Source: a virus. Taken from it: a DNA stretch of 64,000 nucleotides. The stretch spans positions 1 through 64,000 of the IMG/VR virus record IMGVR_UViG_3300045988_150292, one strand, 5' to 3'. The position numbers and the translations under genes were made by a program. The notes under the pieces are model-generated. The model worked only from the letters and a program-made list of their open reading frames with translations, ran no database searches and was not told the origin of the DNA. This document shows, piece after piece, positions 62,229-64,000 of the stretch. The first letter of the stretch is position 1. Each line of letters begins with the position of its first letter.

Positions 62229-62447
62229 ATGATTATGAATACGAATTTAAAAATTGCGCAGTGTGGAATCAGTGATGTTGTCGGTGGCAGAATGTGGTTT
62301 TGTGTAAAGCCCGACAATCCGCGTAAGGTTGAACGTTTTTATACAAAGAGAGAGTGCGAGGCGTATATACGCAAAGAACATAATTCTAATCCTTATCTTC
62401 TGAAAGAATTGCGTAATACTCATGGCAGAGCTTTTATTTACGCCTAA
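62229..62447 (+). CDS. Small early protein
   Basis: 72 aa. An alternative start at 62235 fits the ATTATG context. Confidence 0.5.
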   Translation: MIMNTNLKIAQCGISDVVGGRMWFCVKPDNPRKVERFYTKRECEAYIRKEHNSNPYLLKELRNTHGRAFIYA

Positions 62448-62450
62448 AAA

Positions 62451-62496
62451 CAGAGAGTTTGTGCTCTCTGACATTATTAACCAAAATTCAGAATTT
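62451..62496 (+). promoter_or_regulatory. Hairpin + TAACC-box leader unit U10
   Basis: CAGAGAG-TTTGTG-CTCTCTG, then ACATTATTAACCAAAATTCAGAATTT-ATG. Confidence 0.65.
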
Positions 62497-62769
62497 ATGA
62501 GAAAGATAAAATGTGACTACCATTATGTAGACAACCTCGTCGCACGATACGAAGAGAAGGGAGGATATGCCATACAGCTCAATGAGGGTTCGCTCGCTTC
62601 TGGCGACTGGATTCTGTACGACGACACAGGGAAGCTGAAATGCTTCTATATCTACGAGGAAGCTCTCAGCTCATGGGCTTCTTGCCAGATCGTACAGGTT
62701 TACAGGGACTGGAACGGATTCCCGAAGAAATACAAGAAGATGGTGGAATCCTGCTGTGTCTACGCCTAA
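62497..62769 (+). CDS. Small early protein
   Basis: The start is moved to MRKIKCDYHY. The track start at 62422 would read through the hairpin and box. Confidence 0.5.
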   Translation: MRKIKCDYHYVDNLVARYEEKGGYAIQLNEGSLASGDWILYDDTGKLKCFYIYEEALSSWASCQIVQVYRDWNGFPKKYKKMVESCCVYA

Positions 62770-62772
62770 AAA

Positions 62773-62819
62773 CAGAGGGAGCAATCCCTCTGCCATTATT
62801 AACCAAATTATCAAGAATT
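62773..62819 (+). promoter_or_regulatory. Hairpin + TAACC-box leader unit U11
   Basis: CAGAGGGA-GCAA-TCCCTCTG, then CCATTATTAACCAAATTATCAAGAATT-ATG. The flanks are near-identical to U10 while the stem has compensatory changes. Confidence 0.65.
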
Positions 62820-63047
62820 ATGAAGAGATTTTACGTATCAGTCACAGAGACTTTAAACAAGGTAGTAAGTGTAGATGCCGAGAACGAGAAAGACGCATTG
62901 GAACAAGTAAAAGCAGCCTACTATGATTCGGCTATTGTTCTTGATTCTGACAATTTCTGTGGAGAAACTATAGAGATTGAAGACGACCAGCAGTTCTATA
63001 TCGACTATGAGAAGGACTACGGCAAAACCTATCAGCACGTAGACTGA
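62820..63047 (+). CDS. Small early protein
   Basis: The start is moved to [14 protein letters not shown]... (75 aa). Confidence 0.5.
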   Translation: MKRFYVSVTETLNKVVSVDAENEKDALEQVKAAYYDSAIVLDSDNFCGETIEIEDDQQFYIDYEKDYGKTYQHVD

Positions 63048-63054
63048 GCCGGAC

Positions 63055-63097
63055 GGAGGCACACGCCTCCACATCATTAACCAAATTTTTTACAATC
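63055..63097 (+). promoter_or_regulatory. Hairpin + TAACC-box leader unit U12
   Basis: GGAGGC-ACAC-GCCTCC, then ACATCATTAACCAAATTTTTTACAATC-ATG. Confidence 0.6.
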
Positions 63098-63574
63098 ATG
63101 GATATAGCAATAATGAATTATTCGACAGCTGAAATCACAACAATCACAGGCTGTCCCGACAAGTGGGAGAACGAGCAGATCGAAGAATATCTCTTCAAGA
63201 AACTCAATCTCAAAGAGAGTGAAATACACTATATGTGTGCCAAAAGCGTCACCCACAAGACGGAGAAATACCGGACGCTTGAGGTGTGGCCTCTCCTGGA
63301 GCAGTTCCAGGAGCTGAAAGTGAAGCATCCTGATGCCCTGTTGCTCTTCCGTAGCGGCGATTTCTACGAGGCTTATATGGAGGATGCAGTGACAGCCGCC
63401 AATCTCCTCGGAATAACGCTGACACGCTACAGCAAGCAGGTGGACGGCGAAGGCAAGCCGATAAAACTGGCAGGATTCCCTTATCATGCTCTCGACACCT
63501 ATCTGCCGAAACTCATACGGGCAGGACAGCGGATAGCCATCTGCGACTATACGGATATTCTTCCTGAACGATAG
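63098..63574 (+). CDS. Standalone MutS domain I (mismatch-binding domain) protein
   Basis: Residues ~65-150 ([47 protein letters not shown]...[32 protein letters not shown]) align with the MutS N-terminus (TPMMQQYL.LKAQHP..LLFYRMGDFYELF..DA..AS.LL.I.LT.R....G.PIPMAG.PYHA...YL.KLV..G..VAICEQ). The Phe-x-Glu motif is kept. No other MutS domain is present. Confidence 0.75.
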   Translation: MDIAIMNYSTAEITTITGCPDKWENEQIEEYLFKKLNLKESEIHYMCAKSVTHKTEKYRTLEVWPLLEQFQELKVKHPDALLLFRSGDFYEAYMEDAVTAANLLGITLTRYSKQVDGEGKPIKLAGFPYHALDTYLPKLIRAGQRIAICDYTDILPER

Positions 63575-63589
63575 CCGCAAGCCTTGAAA

Positions 63590-63636
63590 GGTGGGGTTGA
63601 AAAGCCTCACCGCATACAAACCAAAACTTTAGGAAT
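63590..63636 (+). promoter_or_regulatory. Hairpin + AACC-box leader unit U13
   Basis: GGTGGGG-TTGAAAAG-CCTCACC, then GCATACAAACCAAAACTTTAGGAAT-ATG. Confidence 0.55.
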
Positions 63637-64000
63637 ATGACAGAACAGGAAATCATCAGGAGGGTGGAGAACGGAGAGAAGTTCTTCATAAACCTCGAAA
63701 AGCGCACTCTGCGCATCGCAAACCACCTCGTTGACCTCAAGGAGGTGGAGATGCCCGAATACGACGGCGACGTGTTGAAGGAGATAGAGAGGAGATACAG
63801 GATATACAAGCACTCCGTCCCCTCCGAACGCTCTGAGTCCCACCGTCGCAGGTATTTCAAGGCTCTGCCGGAAAGTAAGCTGTCCGACGAGGCGATGATG
63901 TACGGAGAGCAGCGTGAGGTCGCACGGTGCAGCCTTGAGCTATTCGTCCTTATGGCAATAGTCAGAGGCATCCTCACATGGCACGAGGAATGGGGCTCGT
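63637..64000 (+). CDS. Hypothetical early protein (partial; runs off the window)
   Basis: The frame is open from the ATG at 63637 to the window end (MTEQEIIRRVENGEKFFINLEKRTLRIANHLVDLKEVEMPEYDGD...). It is absent from the track because no stop codon is reached. Confidence 0.55.
   Translation, partial: MTEQEIIRRVENGEKFFINLEKRTLRIANHLVDLKEVEMPEYDGDVLKEIERRYRIYKHSVPSERSESHRRRYFKALPESKLSDEAMMYGEQREVARCSLELFVLMAIVRGILTWHEEWGS

Noticed and set aside
55496-63636. The repeated junction hairpins as a CRISPR array
   Set aside because: The stems differ in sequence between units. The spacing is gene-sized and variable (0.15-1.6 kb), and the intervening DNA encodes proteins. No cas genes are present.
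1-64000. Prophage boundaries, integrase or att sites
   Set aside because: I found no integrase or recombinase gene and no flanking host genes. I therefore cannot say whether this is an integrated prophage or a free phage genome segment.

Overview
The window looks like the interior of a large siphovirus-like phage or prophage of a Bacteroidota host. Support for the host call: Bacteroidota-restricted domain families (DUF4494-like, DUF3127-like SSB), TAnnTTTG -7 promoter boxes, and no Shine-Dalgarno usage. I saw no integrase, att site, complete tRNA, rRNA or CRISPR array, so no element boundary can be called.

Module order:
- 1-13.5 kb (+): replication and recombination genes. These include a replisome-organizer-like gene with an internal iteron/AT-rich ori candidate, a Rad52-like annealing protein, a PD-(D/E)XK exonuclease, a DUF3127 SSB with a DDDLPF tail, a NinB-like protein and a dUTPase. 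The segment is interrupted by an AT-rich accessory island at 9.2-12.2 kb that carries a PNK3P-type DNA 3'-phosphatase and paralogous small genes.
- 13.5-21.1 kb (-): accessory and lysis genes (holin, amidase, u-spanin candidate). Two AT-rich cassettes are inserted here, one carrying rhuM and one carrying two membrane/coiled-coil genes. Each is bracketed by the same inverted ~27-31-nt element.
- 21.1-44.4 kb (-): virion genes. In map order these are a 1354-aa fibre with about 35 AExxRxx heptads, a 1832-aa Tal-like protein, Dit, a 2190-aa tape measure protein, G/GT chaperones with a -1 frameshift at an A10 run, the major tail protein, neck proteins, a gpE-like major capsid protein and a scaffold protein.
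- 44.6-49.2 kb (+): TerL, portal and a MuF-like protein, transcribed divergently from the scaffold gene.
- 49.4-54.0 kb (-): RuvC-like resolvase, a DUF1599-like fusion protein and a P4-type primase/helicase.
- 54.0-55.1 kb: a 1-kb AT-rich control region.
- 55.1-64 kb (+): an early-type array of small genes.

The most unusual signals:
1. At least 14 gene junctions in the early array share the same unit: a variable-sequence GC-rich hairpin, a conserved TAACC box, and an AGAATTATG start context.
2. A ~0.75-kb gene-free, purine-rich, hairpin-dense stretch at 56.15-56.89 kb is a candidate large structured RNA.
3. The early array encodes a standalone MutS domain-I protein that keeps the mismatch-binding Phe-x-Glu motif, and an HsdM-like protein with no recognisable NPPY/F-type catalytic motif.
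4. Two cassettes in the lysis region are bracketed by the same inverted repeats.
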